Source: Catajapyx aquilonaris (taxonomy: Eukaryota). From it: 64,000 bases of DNA. Position 1 is the first letter of the stretch; each line of letters opens with the position of its first letter. Under the pieces are notes generated by a model. It was not told the DNA's origin. It saw only the letters and a list, made by a program, of their open reading frames with translations, and made no database searches. Both the position numbers and the translations under genes were made by a program. The stretch is from the NCBI GenBank assembly GCA_000934665.2, contig JYFJ02001272.1:1-64000 (forward strand), written 5' to 3'. Below are positions 13,006-24,996 of this stretch, piece by piece.

Positions 13006-13092
13006 GCTCGTGGTAAGGGCACGAAACACAAGAAGAAGTACAAGAGGTCGGAGGGCAGCTTGTCCGATAGTTCCAGCAGCTTTATTCGCCAG
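13006..13092 (+). CDS. CACNB: Ca-beta exon 2 (ARGKGTKHKKKYKRSEGSLSDSSSSFIRQ)
   Basis: Polypyrimidine tract + CAG acceptor, CAG|GTAAGC donor, 87 nt, phase 0-0. Matches the vertebrate long-N-terminus exon ([25 protein letters not shown]). Not shown in the ORF track. Confidence 0.9.
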
Positions 13093-14158
13093 GTAAGCCA
13101 CACCTGCCAAGCAACCTTCCCATACACACAAAATCACTAAAATATATTGTATGTCCTTTTCTTTGCCTCTATTTTTGCACTGGTCTGTACTGTTTTATTG
13201 CTCATTACCGGCTACCCGTTCCCCCCCCCCCCCTCCCCCCAAGCTCAAGAGGCTTCGTTGTACACACACATCACACATGCACGCAACATATGACCCCGAA
13301 TCGATATGTGTCTGCAGGTCATCACCGTTGAATGGCTCATATATTATCTGTGCGAGGAAATCACTAGCGGTGTCGCACACAAGGGGGTTGTCCATAAAGT
13401 AATTTTTGTGCATTTTTTTATTTAAAAAAAACCCTGCTAACATGTCACGCACAGTCACGCTGATGTATATTCCAAATTTTTGATATCTTCCTCAGAAAAT
13501 AATGGGCCGAATTTTCGTCCCACTGCTAAATTAGACTCTGTAACTAGAAGTGGGACGAAAATTCTACCCAATGTCTCATCATATCCATGATGAGATGAAG
13601 CCAGAAATGGTCACTTAATATCACGTCTTCAAAAGTACCCGAACATTTTTGTCCGCTGTTACGCTTCGTATAGTCGGGAAAGGAACAATGTGATCACAAA
13701 TTCCCGCATCAAATACAAATCCGCACATGAATTACAATGTAGCTTATTGTTAGCAAGAAGCTAGGGATCTGCGGTTGAAGAGAGGGTGTTAGTTCACTAA
13801 AAACAGCTCCTGAATTTTTTAATTGCCAGTTTTATTACAATTTTTTTGAGCGTGACGTCACGCACCCCTGCACCCCACCTGAGTGTCCGTCACGCTGAAC
13901 TCTACTCCCTGCTAACGTGACGTTTCTATGTTAAAATATTTATTGACAATTTTTACCCTGGTGGTATGCAACCATCAGCATTCCAGCATCTTTTGACAGA
14001 AGAGTACTTTATGGAGGACACCCAATTGGTGTTGAATACCCCGAGTGATTGCCTCGATCAAGGTTTTGCCTGTTAATGAATCGTGTTGTCACTTTTTTTT
14101 TTTCTCGCTCCCTTCCCGTCTTGTGTGTCTCTCCACTTTGTTGTCTGATCCACTCAAA

Positions 14159-14164
14159 ATGCGC
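14159..14164 (+). CDS. Candidate alternative first exon of Ca-beta coding only Met-Arg
   Basis: CAAAATG CGC|GTAAGT: arthropod-type start context immediately followed by a consensus donor in phase 0. Confidence 0.4.
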
Positions 14165-16548
14165 GTAAGTGATCCCAGAAGCCATCCGACCAGGTGAGAT
14201 TCCTCGGTTTCCGAGGAAGAGGGGGCAAGAGAGGGGAGGGGGTGATGTCTTCGGGGGGCGTTCCTCAGTACGGGGGCCAATTAAGGCATCAATTACTCCA
14301 CCCTGAACTGTCCCAATTTGGGGATCGTAGCTTCATGGCGTGCATTTTTCTCTAGCATTTTTTTTCTCTCTTTGGAGGGCGGCTCAGAACAAGCAATGTT
14401 TCCAAGTGAAGCTCCTTCCAGGGTGGCCACTCCTCCCTTTTCCAACATTCCCAATCCTCGACAGCCATCTCGTCGCCTACAAACCCTTATTTTCCATTTT
14501 TTTTTCTTGAAGTAGGGGTACTCCCCCTCTCGACAACGCGCCCCTCCTACAAGTACCCACTTTTTTTTTCTCTAACTCTAAGGGTAAGCTTACCCGGTCA
14601 CAAAAACAACACCGATGTCAGTTCGGTTGATGGCAACCATCAAATGCATCTGTCCAAAACTCCCAGGCTATTATTGACTCTCATACCGCGTAACTTTTCC
14701 AAATCGAAGCAAAAATATTTTAGGTGAGCGTATGACGTGACACATGTTATGACACTAGTCTTCTGGAACCTATCAGTGACATTTGGCAACCTCGTGGTAA
14801 AAACAAGCCGGCACGTGCGGTAGAAAATATTACCACGAACTCGTTAAAGCCGGATTTTTTTTTTCCAAGTTTCTTTTTGAGGACATTTCCACTGCGGTGC
14901 CCATCGTTACGCATGCAATTTTTTACGGAGGCTAAGGTACGAAAGTGTAGAAAAAAATAGTTGGGGCACATTCTATCCAATGACGAATGACCACACCCAT
15001 CCGGAATGTGTTTCTCATCCCCTCCGGACGCTGAAGAATACATGTTCCCGGAAATAATCAAACTGAAAATACTACTCTTAAATGTCTCTCTTTACGACTG
15101 CTCTTTTACTTTAAAAAACTTTTTTATGTGCGATAGTTTTGTTTTTTTTTTGTTGGGGGACGGAAACTTGGTCCATGTTTGGCGTATTTGCATCACAAAA
15201 AAATCGGGGCAAGGTGAACGGGGAAAGTGATGTTACTTGAAAGCTTTTACACAAAAAAACGAGCGATTTTATTACAAGTCAGGAAGGGGGAAAAAAGGCA
15301 TTTTTTTTTTCTAAAGCAGATTTTGAGAGGTACGCTCAATAAGTCGCCCACCCTTCCATCTTGTGGTGAAGCAGCAAACTTCTTCAGCACATGCTTTGCT
15401 TGTGCCTGCCTTCTGCCGCCAAGGAATAAAAACAACCCAGAGATATTCTGGACTTTTACACGTCCTTGAGACATGTACAAGATCACTCAAAAAGCCTCTG
15501 TACACAACAGGGGGATTACACTGCCGAGAGCCAACTACTGTACAAACACTTGAACAAGGTGGTACAGTAAATTGCTCCAAACGGCTAGTAGCATTGCCAG
15601 CTTTTTGAACAGATAGACTGCGGTGAAACTATTGCGGAATTGTTCCCTTTCGCAAATATTGAGCAGATCAAAAGCGACAGAAATTAATTAAAAGGCACTC
15701 TATAACAGGCAGTATATTGTGCGCTCTAACCATTTGAAACAAATAGCAGCGTAACAGATAAAACTATTTCGGGGGGGAAAAAAAATCAGATCGACCTCCT
15801 CACCTAGTTATAGCACCAATAGAAAATTATGTGTCTGAATAACTTGCGACGCTTGCAAGTGAACAAAAGTTGCAACCCTTAACGGCACGCCAAAAAGTTG
15901 GCAATTTTTGCTCCAAAGTGGAAAGTAAAAACTGGAGCAGGAACCATTCCTTTTGTCCAACTGGGTCACAAAAATGTGTCCGGAATCAATAAATCCTGCA
16001 ACTTAGAGCAAAGAGAAGCTCTAGGGAAGGAGGGGGATACAGTTCAAGGGCCATCGGTAACCCAATCTGGAGTGCAACAGCCCAAAAAGTATATGGGAAT
16101 CTCGTTAGGACCAAGGCACATTACGGCTCAGAATTAGATCACAGTCCGAACCCCCCCCTCCGGCATCAAATAACGCGAAATTTTCTGGCGGGGCCCAGGA
16201 TCGAACCCCGATTGATCTGGACCAAATTAGCTATAGTAGACATCGGAATGTTCCAGCAGGAAGCATCGCAAAGAGGTCCATTGCGCCCTTTTGCACGTGG
16301 TCAATTCGCGCGCAGTACGTGCAGCGATGTTGATTCCTCGTGACGAGGCCAGCCGCACATTATTTCATTGCCCCCCATCATGATATCTAGACAAGAGAGC
16401 ACTACTAGGCTGGGCTACTACTACTACTGCCCTCCCTACCCATCCTCCGCCGGCAATTCAATTTGCACCATGCGTCAGCAACAGTTGCTGCTAAGACCCC
16501 AATCGAGACGGGGCTGGGCCTCGGGGACCAGCACAGCCAAACATTATT

Positions 16549-16677
16549 ATGGAGAAAGAGGACGAGGATGAGGAAGACGAGGAGGAGGAGGAGGAGGAAG
16601 AGGAAGAAGATGAGGCCTATTTGCCGCTGGTCTATCAGGAGACACTTAGGCGGTTCTCGGCGGACGATGGCCTCAAG
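16549..16677 (+). CDS. Candidate alternative first exon of Ca-beta, poly-acidic N-terminus (MEKEDEDEEDEEEEEEEEEEDEAYLPLVYQETLRRFSADDGLK)
   Basis: 43 codons from ATG (in-frame stop upstream at 16492) ending AAG|GTACTG in phase 0; contains a (GAG)n tract. Confidence 0.45.
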
Positions 16678-19600
16678 GTACTGTGCACTGATACACAAAA
16701 TGTTCACATGGACGTTGTCTTTCTGTTGTTGCGGTTTGGCCAATTAGGGATGATTGGCAGGTCTCAACAACATCGACACAAAGACGAAGACGTCCCATCT
16801 CTAATAGGCTGTTAAGGTATCACGGCCTCTCACCGCCGACTTTCGCCTGTGGCGAATTAGGGAGAATGATATAGGAAGGAAGCGGGCTTGTGGCCAGTCC
16901 GGAATTGTCCTGGAAGTGACCGGGAGAAAACCACAACCGCAAGGATCCCTTCAATCTACCCTCCTCAATCTAACCTAATTACACTTGTAGAGTTTGCCTG
17001 AAAATTGGGGTCGTGAACTGTACCCGGCGCAACTGAACTTTTCCCTGATGAAAACCCGAGTCAAGATTGGGAGATCGAACAGGTGAAGTCTGACAATGCC
17101 GTCTGGATGTCACCATCAGCCACGCATCAAGTCAAGGAAGGGCCGGAAACCCCTCAGATTGCCAGTTGACCGAACGTTGCGTAAGGTTTTTGCTGACTTC
17201 CTGGCTGGCTACTGGGACGTGTGACAAGTGTCGCGTGACGTCCGCGATGATTCTCCTCATTTCTCTCCTAAACGGCCTCTATATAGCTAGTCGCGTGCCG
17301 GGTCCTGAAGGGAGGGTTGTGGGGTGGTGGGCCAGAGGACGAATCGCAGCTCCGGATTTCACGGATTTCAAAATGAAGGCTTGGAAAATCGGTGCGTGTT
17401 GGGGTCTCAGGTTGTGTGCGATTGTGCACGCCAAGCGAGCTTGCTTTGATTCTGAAGCCTTGACATCCGCGGCAGGCATTAAAATTAAGAGCTGCTGCAC
17501 GGGACCCAAACCGTGTTCGCTGTGCCCCCGGGTGTATGAGCCTAGGTAATGAACACCAGGACTGACACCAGAACGGATTTTGCAGGGGGGGAAAGAGAGC
17601 AAAACTATGCTGCGCTGTAATCCACTTACGCAATTCCACTGTGGCGGGCTTATCTTTCGAAGAGGCCTGCAATGCCAGGCAGCAGCCGGACCATGTTAAG
17701 ATAATCCGCGAAAAATGCGGAATCGAGTCCACGAGGAAACCTTTCCCTATATAGAAGCATTTTCATTAAAACGACCTGGATTAATCAAGCCTGACTCTTC
17801 CCTTATGTATAGGCCTTGATATCTTGAATGTACTATCTGCTCTCCCTTGATCGCGTTAATAGACTGAAACTCACATAATAAGTAACGCTCCATTGCCTGA
17901 ATATTATTGCTGAAAATTCTATATGGTGTTATTCTGTAAATGCCACCGCATTGCGGAGCACTCTCTGTACGTCATGTTGGTAATTTTGCTATATACTATT
18001 ACGCTCATACAGACATCACGACAATTTCCATATAGGGTCTAGTCAGCGATGAAGAAGAAGACGCTAAATTATGAGTTAATAATTACAGTGTAATGACACT
18101 GACAATATATGAAAGGAAAAATTACTTGCACGCAATAACATTTGGCGGACATACTTTTCACGATAGCGATATCGTAACTTCGACTTGGGTTTCTGGGCGT
18201 GCTAAACTGTTTCAACGAATCTAAAATGGATGGACGATTTTTCTATCCTGATCACTAGAAACGCGCGAGACAAACAATTACCGTCAAAGTTTTAGACGGA
18301 TAAAGAGACATGCGCTGACAGAAATAAAATTAATTTATGAGAACACGTCAGAACTAATAAGTCTCGAGGGATTTCTCTGCCCATTATTAATTTTTTAGAA
18401 CTGACCTGACATTAACTTGTAGGGATGGACGGCAAAATATACTGTATTGCGCCATTGTTGACACTTTCGAGACACTATCAGCTTCTCCTTCCTCCTGAAT
18501 TTAAGACGAATGAAATTAAAATTTGATCAAATTGCTTGCACCACTGGGGGTCCCTAATTTTTTTTAAATCTGACTAGGAAATACCCCGAAATTTATTATT
18601 ATTAGAGTTACATTTCGTCCATTCAGTCGCACCCATTCAATTATTATTCATTCCACTAGCAAAATATTCTCCGACAGGGCAGGAATTCCCGAGGGGCACT
18701 CCCGACATGTCGCACCTTAAATGACCACTGACCACAGATGCAGATTCCAAACATCTCCCTGCCTTCCCTCCCCCTCTCAGGACCCCCCACCACCACCCCC
18801 TGACTTATTTACCCAGGGAAAAGCCAGGATTTGGCAACAGCGACCGCGTGCAGTAATTTTAGACCCGCCGGAGAGAATCCCAGCCTCGGGGTTGGTGTTG
18901 GGAGATGTAGATTCCGGCATTTGCTCTGGGTGCTTCTTCAGTAGGGGGCGGGCGGGAGAGGTCAGGTCACCGCCAGGAAAATGACCACCGCCGACAGGAG
19001 GGCAGGCCTCAACCGGAGGGACAGGTACAAGACCCTCGGACTGAACAGGAAGGTAACACACCACCCAGAAAGCCCTGCTGTGACGTAACCCAGACCGCGG
19101 GACGTTATTTCTTTTCTCTTTACTAACAGGCACATGAGTTAATTTTAGAAATTGCAGATTTGCCCCGTCACATCTGTCGGATGGGCTTGGTAGGAGTTGT
19201 CCCGACCGATTTATTGGCCGGGTCAAAACTGACATTTACCTCACCCTGTATACCAGACAAGGTCGTGTTCGGCTGTGCACTGAATGCTACTCATTAGAGG
19301 TCGGGGGCATAATTAATGGACCGAGCTCATAAGGATGGGAGCCTATGCAATCGGTCCACTTTTTAAATGCTAGGCTCAAACATGCTGTGTATTCTTCATT
19401 ACTAGGCGGATCAAAAGCTCATCAGGAGAAAAGCCACGAGGACTACCTTATCTGGCACGAGGCCAAACGGTTACACCGTAATTGAAAATTTTGTGCAAAA
19501 TTATTGGGGAGGTGTCGGATTACCTTTGTCCCTCGGCCATCGCACAATACCCGTCATATACTAATGATTGAAAATAACAATCTGCCTGTGACACATGAAT

Positions 19601-20611
19601 CCAGTCCTACTACGTATTGGAACGCTTCATTTCATACAGCGGGCAACGGTTCATATCCTCCATTATACAAGCCCATCACATCAACTCATATACCTCCATG
19701 ACCACGTGATTGAATTATTTTCAATAGATAAAAAAATAGAGAGTGAGAGCCATCATGTTATGTTGCCAATGTAGACTGCTTCATTGGTGTATCGTTGAGC
19801 CGGGCACGTCTATCACAATGTTGTTAAGGGGAACGTGCCGACCTTTTAGTTCTAGTTGGGCGCAACGGAGAGATTGGGGCTGCCAAAATCAAGATGTGCG
19901 GGTAGAATTTGCTCTGTGCGCAAAAGGTCACAGACCTCTCGATGTATAATGCACAGGAATCAATAATCGCTGTATTATGTGCGATCGACTTTAACAGAGA
20001 AAGAATTTTCCACTTTGCTTTTATGGGTCACCCTGAATCAATAGGACGGAGGACAAAAAAATATACGATATACACTCCGAGGAAAATTTGATCAGTAGTC
20101 GTATTTTTCCGTTCGAACTATTTTCTCTCGCTCTCTCTCGCTCCCTCTCTTCGACCAGAGTGTTGCAACAAGCTAGATTGGTTGTTACAGCACCAGTCGA
20201 TTAGAGTAACGTCAATGTAAACATGAAGCGAGTTCACGCTGCCAGCTTCGCGATGCAAGATGACTGCTTGAAAGTGGCCTAAGCTAATTTCTGCTGACAA
20301 CGGGCCTTTCTGCGTGGATTGTTACCAAATTACTAGAAGAAAATGAATGTGACCATCGCATATTCCTAATCTGACTGATCTTATTTATAGCAGTGGAATA
20401 ACTGTTGCATATTCTGACACACAAACTGCGGAAAATTTTTACGCACTTGAAATTACTTCAGTTTCATTATCATTACCATTGATATTGTAATTTTCTTAGC
20501 AATGACAACAGTGATGATGCCATCTGGGTGGTGATAATATCAAATAATGCACCACGTGGCTGTAGTTTTCTGGGATATGTTTTTTTTGTAATAATAATTA
20601 ATAGTACTATA

Positions 20612-20860
20612 AAATAATAATAATGGATACCCCGTGATAAGCCTCCTTGGGCTTTTTATGGGATCAACTTTTTAATTAATCGTTGCCTTTGCTGTGATGG
20701 ATTTTGATAGTGGGAGGAAATGGGAGAAAACCCACGCGAACGCAGAGAGAACCCATCGAACCTCTATCCACATAAGTATCCTCTGTCCTATCCGGGGATC
20801 GAACTCGGGACCTTAGAGGTGGAAGGCTGTGGCGCTAACCACTCAGTCACTGTGCCGCCC
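20612..20860 (-). mobile_element. tRNA-derived SINE, apparently full length
   Basis: Minus strand: GGGCGGCACAGTGACTGAGTGGTTAGCG (A box) ... GAGTTCGATCCC (B box), core GCGTGGGTTTTCTC...TTTCCTCCCAC, (ATT)n tail. Confidence 0.8.
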
Positions 20861-23800
20861 TAATTAATCGTAATATAACATATAGGCATGTAAATTTAGA
20901 TGATACCCTACTTTTACATACACACTGATCATGTTCATTTCGTTGCATTATTTTAATCACAGGTCATAATATTATGACAGTGTCTTTGCTACCGTGTTAG
21001 GTGAACGTTTAGGTAGTGCTTTTATTTTAAATGTACGTATACTTCCCAGCATTGTTGTTAGACCTATACCTCGAGAGAGTTTTATTGCCAGCACTGAATT
21101 TTGGCCATATAATTATTTGATTGACAGGACGTATATTTCAAGTTATGTCAGCAGAAACTTTGACGATTACATCATTTTCAAACAAAAGCGTTAGTTTTTT
21201 TTACCAGTGAACTTGAGCTGCCTGCACAAATTCGCATTTTACCTGAAGTGTATATCCTTCTGTTCACAAAATTGAGCTCCGACAACAAAACCTCTTTGAT
21301 GTTTATTCACAAAAGCATACTCTGCTCCGAACGATTCGTTTTGACTTGCTCTCCAGCAGTGAAGTTATTACTCAGTTTGAGTCCCGGCATTTTCAAAGCG
21401 CTGCGTTTGTTCGTCGCTGCACAATCGGCTCCTCGCAAATTGCGTAAGTCGAATTAAGACGGATTACTATACATAACGCCTTGTTTATGTAATCAGTCAT
21501 TAGGCCTGTTATAGGATGTAAAGAAGGGCTTGTCCCACACACGTCTCTTTCTCAATGAAATACTCGAGCCGGGTACTGTGCAACCTAAAAATGAAGCGCA
21601 TTGCTCAGTAAGTGAGTAAGCAAAGTTAAAAGGAAACTCCCATGCACATTCTAATCCATGTGACGCAAAATACGAGGAATTAAAACTGGCACCGTTCCTG
21701 AAGCATCTGTGACGGACGGATAATGCGGCAAAGACCAAAAAGCTCCCCTCCAACTGATTAGTTGACAGAAAAATACAATGCAGCATCAGAGTGACGCGCT
21801 TGGCACCAGGCCTACGTATATAAAAGTGACCGACCCCGACCGACCGATCTCCCACACGATTTCCGAAGCCAAGATTTTCCTATTGTCATGGATGACCAAG
21901 CCAAGGTCTTGGGGAGGAGATCGATTCATCACAGGGCCCTCCTCCCTCCCACCCACCCACCCTCACCTTCACCTCAAGGAAGGAAGGAAGTGGGGGGGAA
22001 ATAGTGCGGTCCAAATACACTTTAGCCAATATTCAGGAAGCATAGGAAAGACATGTGCAGGTGAAGCATTTAATCATATTGCCTATACATATACTCTGAT
22101 TTTTTTTAACGTCCAAGTGTCATTGTCATAAGTTTCAACAATAATGATATAAGAATTGGGCCTTGCAAAATTAGTATGGTCCCTTCTCCTTGGGCTATCC
22201 ACATATGTCACAGATTCGTACGCGTTGTCATGACCAGTGTCGATCGGATCGGTCACGAAACATGTAAGTGGCATGATTTCCCAACGGCTGCTGACATGGT
22301 TACATGCAAGTAAACAAACATTAAATATTATTGGGAGCAGCTTTGCTCTATAGCTGCACACTGAATATAACGATGTATACCCGATTTGTCAACGGGCAAA
22401 AAAGCTCCAGATTAATTATGTTGCCATAATGGGGTGAAGCCTTCCTGAAAAGGAGTTTAATAAGCATTTCAATCATAGTCGGATCAATTAAACCACACTG
22501 TATTAGCTGGAGCACGCGACATTATTCTGGAAATGGTTCTGCGGGGAGCTTTTGTGCATTGTTGCGCAGTTGGGGCCATTGTGCAAAAGCGAAGAGGAAA
22601 TTTCGCACGGTGTATAATACGGATGGGACGTCTGAATCTGCCCCCCTAATCCACATATTTGACAATGATAGCCGCTTAATTACCAGGTTTTTTTTGCCTT
22701 GTTTGTCAGGTTTGACGTCATTCCGACATTAAGTTAATGAAGCGACCTATAACGCCGTCGTTTATTTGGTACGGTGAAGGTAATAACGGCTGGGCTACCC
22801 GATTTTTTGGTCAAGTCCCCCAGCTTTTTTCGTGTGTTTCGCAACATGTGGGATGCCGGAGGTTTGCCCTTGAAAAAACGATTCAAATCAGCGAAAATAC
22901 GTCATCCGTTCGTGCCTGAGAGTACCATTGTCGACAGCGTGACGTAAAAAAACAGGGGGGTCCCCGCAAATCGATCTGCCCTCACCTTTCATGCCCAAAA
23001 ACTAAAGGATGACTGTGTGCCCCCCCTGTGTATATCAGACGATCCGAACCCTGAGGGGCATGCAAAAAGCACGACTACCCTTCCCCAAATTATGAATTAT
23101 CGGACTTTCCAAACTATATGGACGGCCCAAATGGGACGGTGGGGGGAGGCAAAACGACGTACAGCGGACACGGTGTTTTGTAATGATGCTGACAAATTGC
23201 TATAGGGCGAATTCCTGGGTTTCATATGGTCATTTTATGTAGAGTGAAATTTTGGTTTATGAACCCTCGTCACTGATAAAACTGCCCTCAAAATCGAAAG
23301 TGACAGTTATTCCACCGTCTACTCCACCAATTTGTATTATAAAATAAAATTGTTCAGAGTCGAGTGTTTCATGGCTGCCTAAACGAACTCGCTCTATAAG
23401 TTTGTGCGAATCGTTACGAAGCACCCTGTACAAGTGTTGATGTTTCTATGCACTGGTTGGAGAGTTTGGGTTGGAGGGTGATGGGGGAGAAAATGTGTGG
23501 GTGGGGGGGATGGCGCTCCTTCCCAGTGCGGATGCAGCTTGCGGATGTTAGTTCGACCCATCCACATCAGGCTAAGACTATTGGATCAGGGTCTGGAGAA
23601 AATATTTATATTTATATCGGCCAGTTTATGGGTGCGACGCATGAAGAATGCAAACTTGGGGCGGTTAATGACAGTGCGTGATGACACGCAATCGTCGCAA
23701 TGCGTGGTGCGTACGATTTAGTACTGCGCACAAATCGGTTCAGATTTACGAGCTCCCTTCGAAAAACAGCAAAATTATGTCCAAAAAATTATAGTAAACA

Positions 23801-24499
23801 AACGAACATTTTAAGAGGAGGAATTCAAAGATGTCGTCTACTTTCACACGACTGTTTAATTCATTTTGAACGGAGCGTACAAAGTTAGCCTACTCTCTGA
23901 TGTTTTAGCATAGACTTGTATTTGCAAATTACAGAGGGAAAAACGCGTTCGAGACGCGGTCGCGAAGACATTTCCACCACACGTATCCTGGAGCTATACA
24001 ACCACCATCACCTAACGAACAGGGGGAAAAAACTAGTGCCGATGGTTGCATACAACCAGGATACGTTTGGCGGAAACATTTTAAATATTTTTTGACAAAT
24101 GACATTATAGTGTCGGAATTTAACGTCATCTAACTAAACACATACCGCTTAAATATGCTGACGTCACTCATGTTTTAATGGCTTAACTTTGTAGTTTAAA
24201 ATATGTGTATATAAGGCAGCCTCTCTGAATTCTGTTTCATGCAACAAAAAAAACTAAAATGAAAATTGGGGCAGGCTTGGAAATACGCGAATTGAGGCCA
24301 TATTTGGCACTTCCTGTTTTTCGACTGCAAAATCCAGGTGAGATCCGGTCTGACATTTTCCGCCACGCAAAATGGTACAGGTCGACCTCCCCGGCCCCTT
24401 CCGCCCCCAACCCCCGCCCCCACCCATGGCCGGAGCATAGCAACAGCCTCCGGAAATACCTTTTGACACATAGGTAGCAACCCCAGGTGCGGGAATGAG

Positions 24500-24924
24500 T
24501 CTGAAAAGAGGCGGGAGATGGTGTCGCATCGGTGTCGCATCGGCGTGACGGGGGAAACCGGAGCCTTGAGTCCACCGTCGGCGTCGCGGCGCCCTCCCTC
24601 CCCTTCACCCCGCCAATGGGAGCCCCTCTACCCATCGATCCGGGGGCAAGGGAGGGGGCGGGGTGGAAGGGAGGGGGCGACGTCGGTAGCGCCGCCGTCG
24701 ACGTCGCCGCCAAACCCCCCCAACTGCCCTCAGTCCCGCACCCATTCGCGTCCGAACCCCAAGCACCTGGCTCAACTTAGAAAAATATTTTGGGTGCGTG
24801 AAAAGTGCGCTCGGATGCGTGATCGCGTGAGGCCGCGCGCGGCCGCGATGCCACGGGAGTGCCGCGGACACCAGACTATGGAGACGCAATAAGGGACCGG
24901 ATCCAAGTTTTCGGGGGGGACTTG
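24500..24924 (+). promoter_or_regulatory. CpG/GC-rich putative internal promoter / 5' UTR
   Basis: Dense CpG block immediately upstream of the MVQDTG exon; contains a short uORF ending TAA near 24891. Confidence 0.45.
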
Positions 24925-24996
24925 ATGGTGCAGGACACGGGTGAACCATGGAACATGATGGGATATGGACAGGGCTATAACAAGCTCTTCACGCAG
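24925..24996 (+). CDS. Candidate alternative first exon of Ca-beta (MVQDTGEPWNMMGYGQGYNKLFTQ)
   Basis: ATG 24925, 24 codons, CAG|GTGCGG donor in phase 0. Lies directly after a CpG-rich block. MVQ start as in vertebrate beta1/beta2 long forms. Confidence 0.6.

Noticed and set aside
16860..16940. Fragment reminiscent of an arthropod SINE (GGAAGGAAGCGG...GAGAAAACCAC)
   Set aside because: Too short and degenerate to support without a database search
20790..20860. Possible tRNA gene
   Set aside because: A/B boxes are present but continue into a SINE body and tail; no convincing acceptor stem
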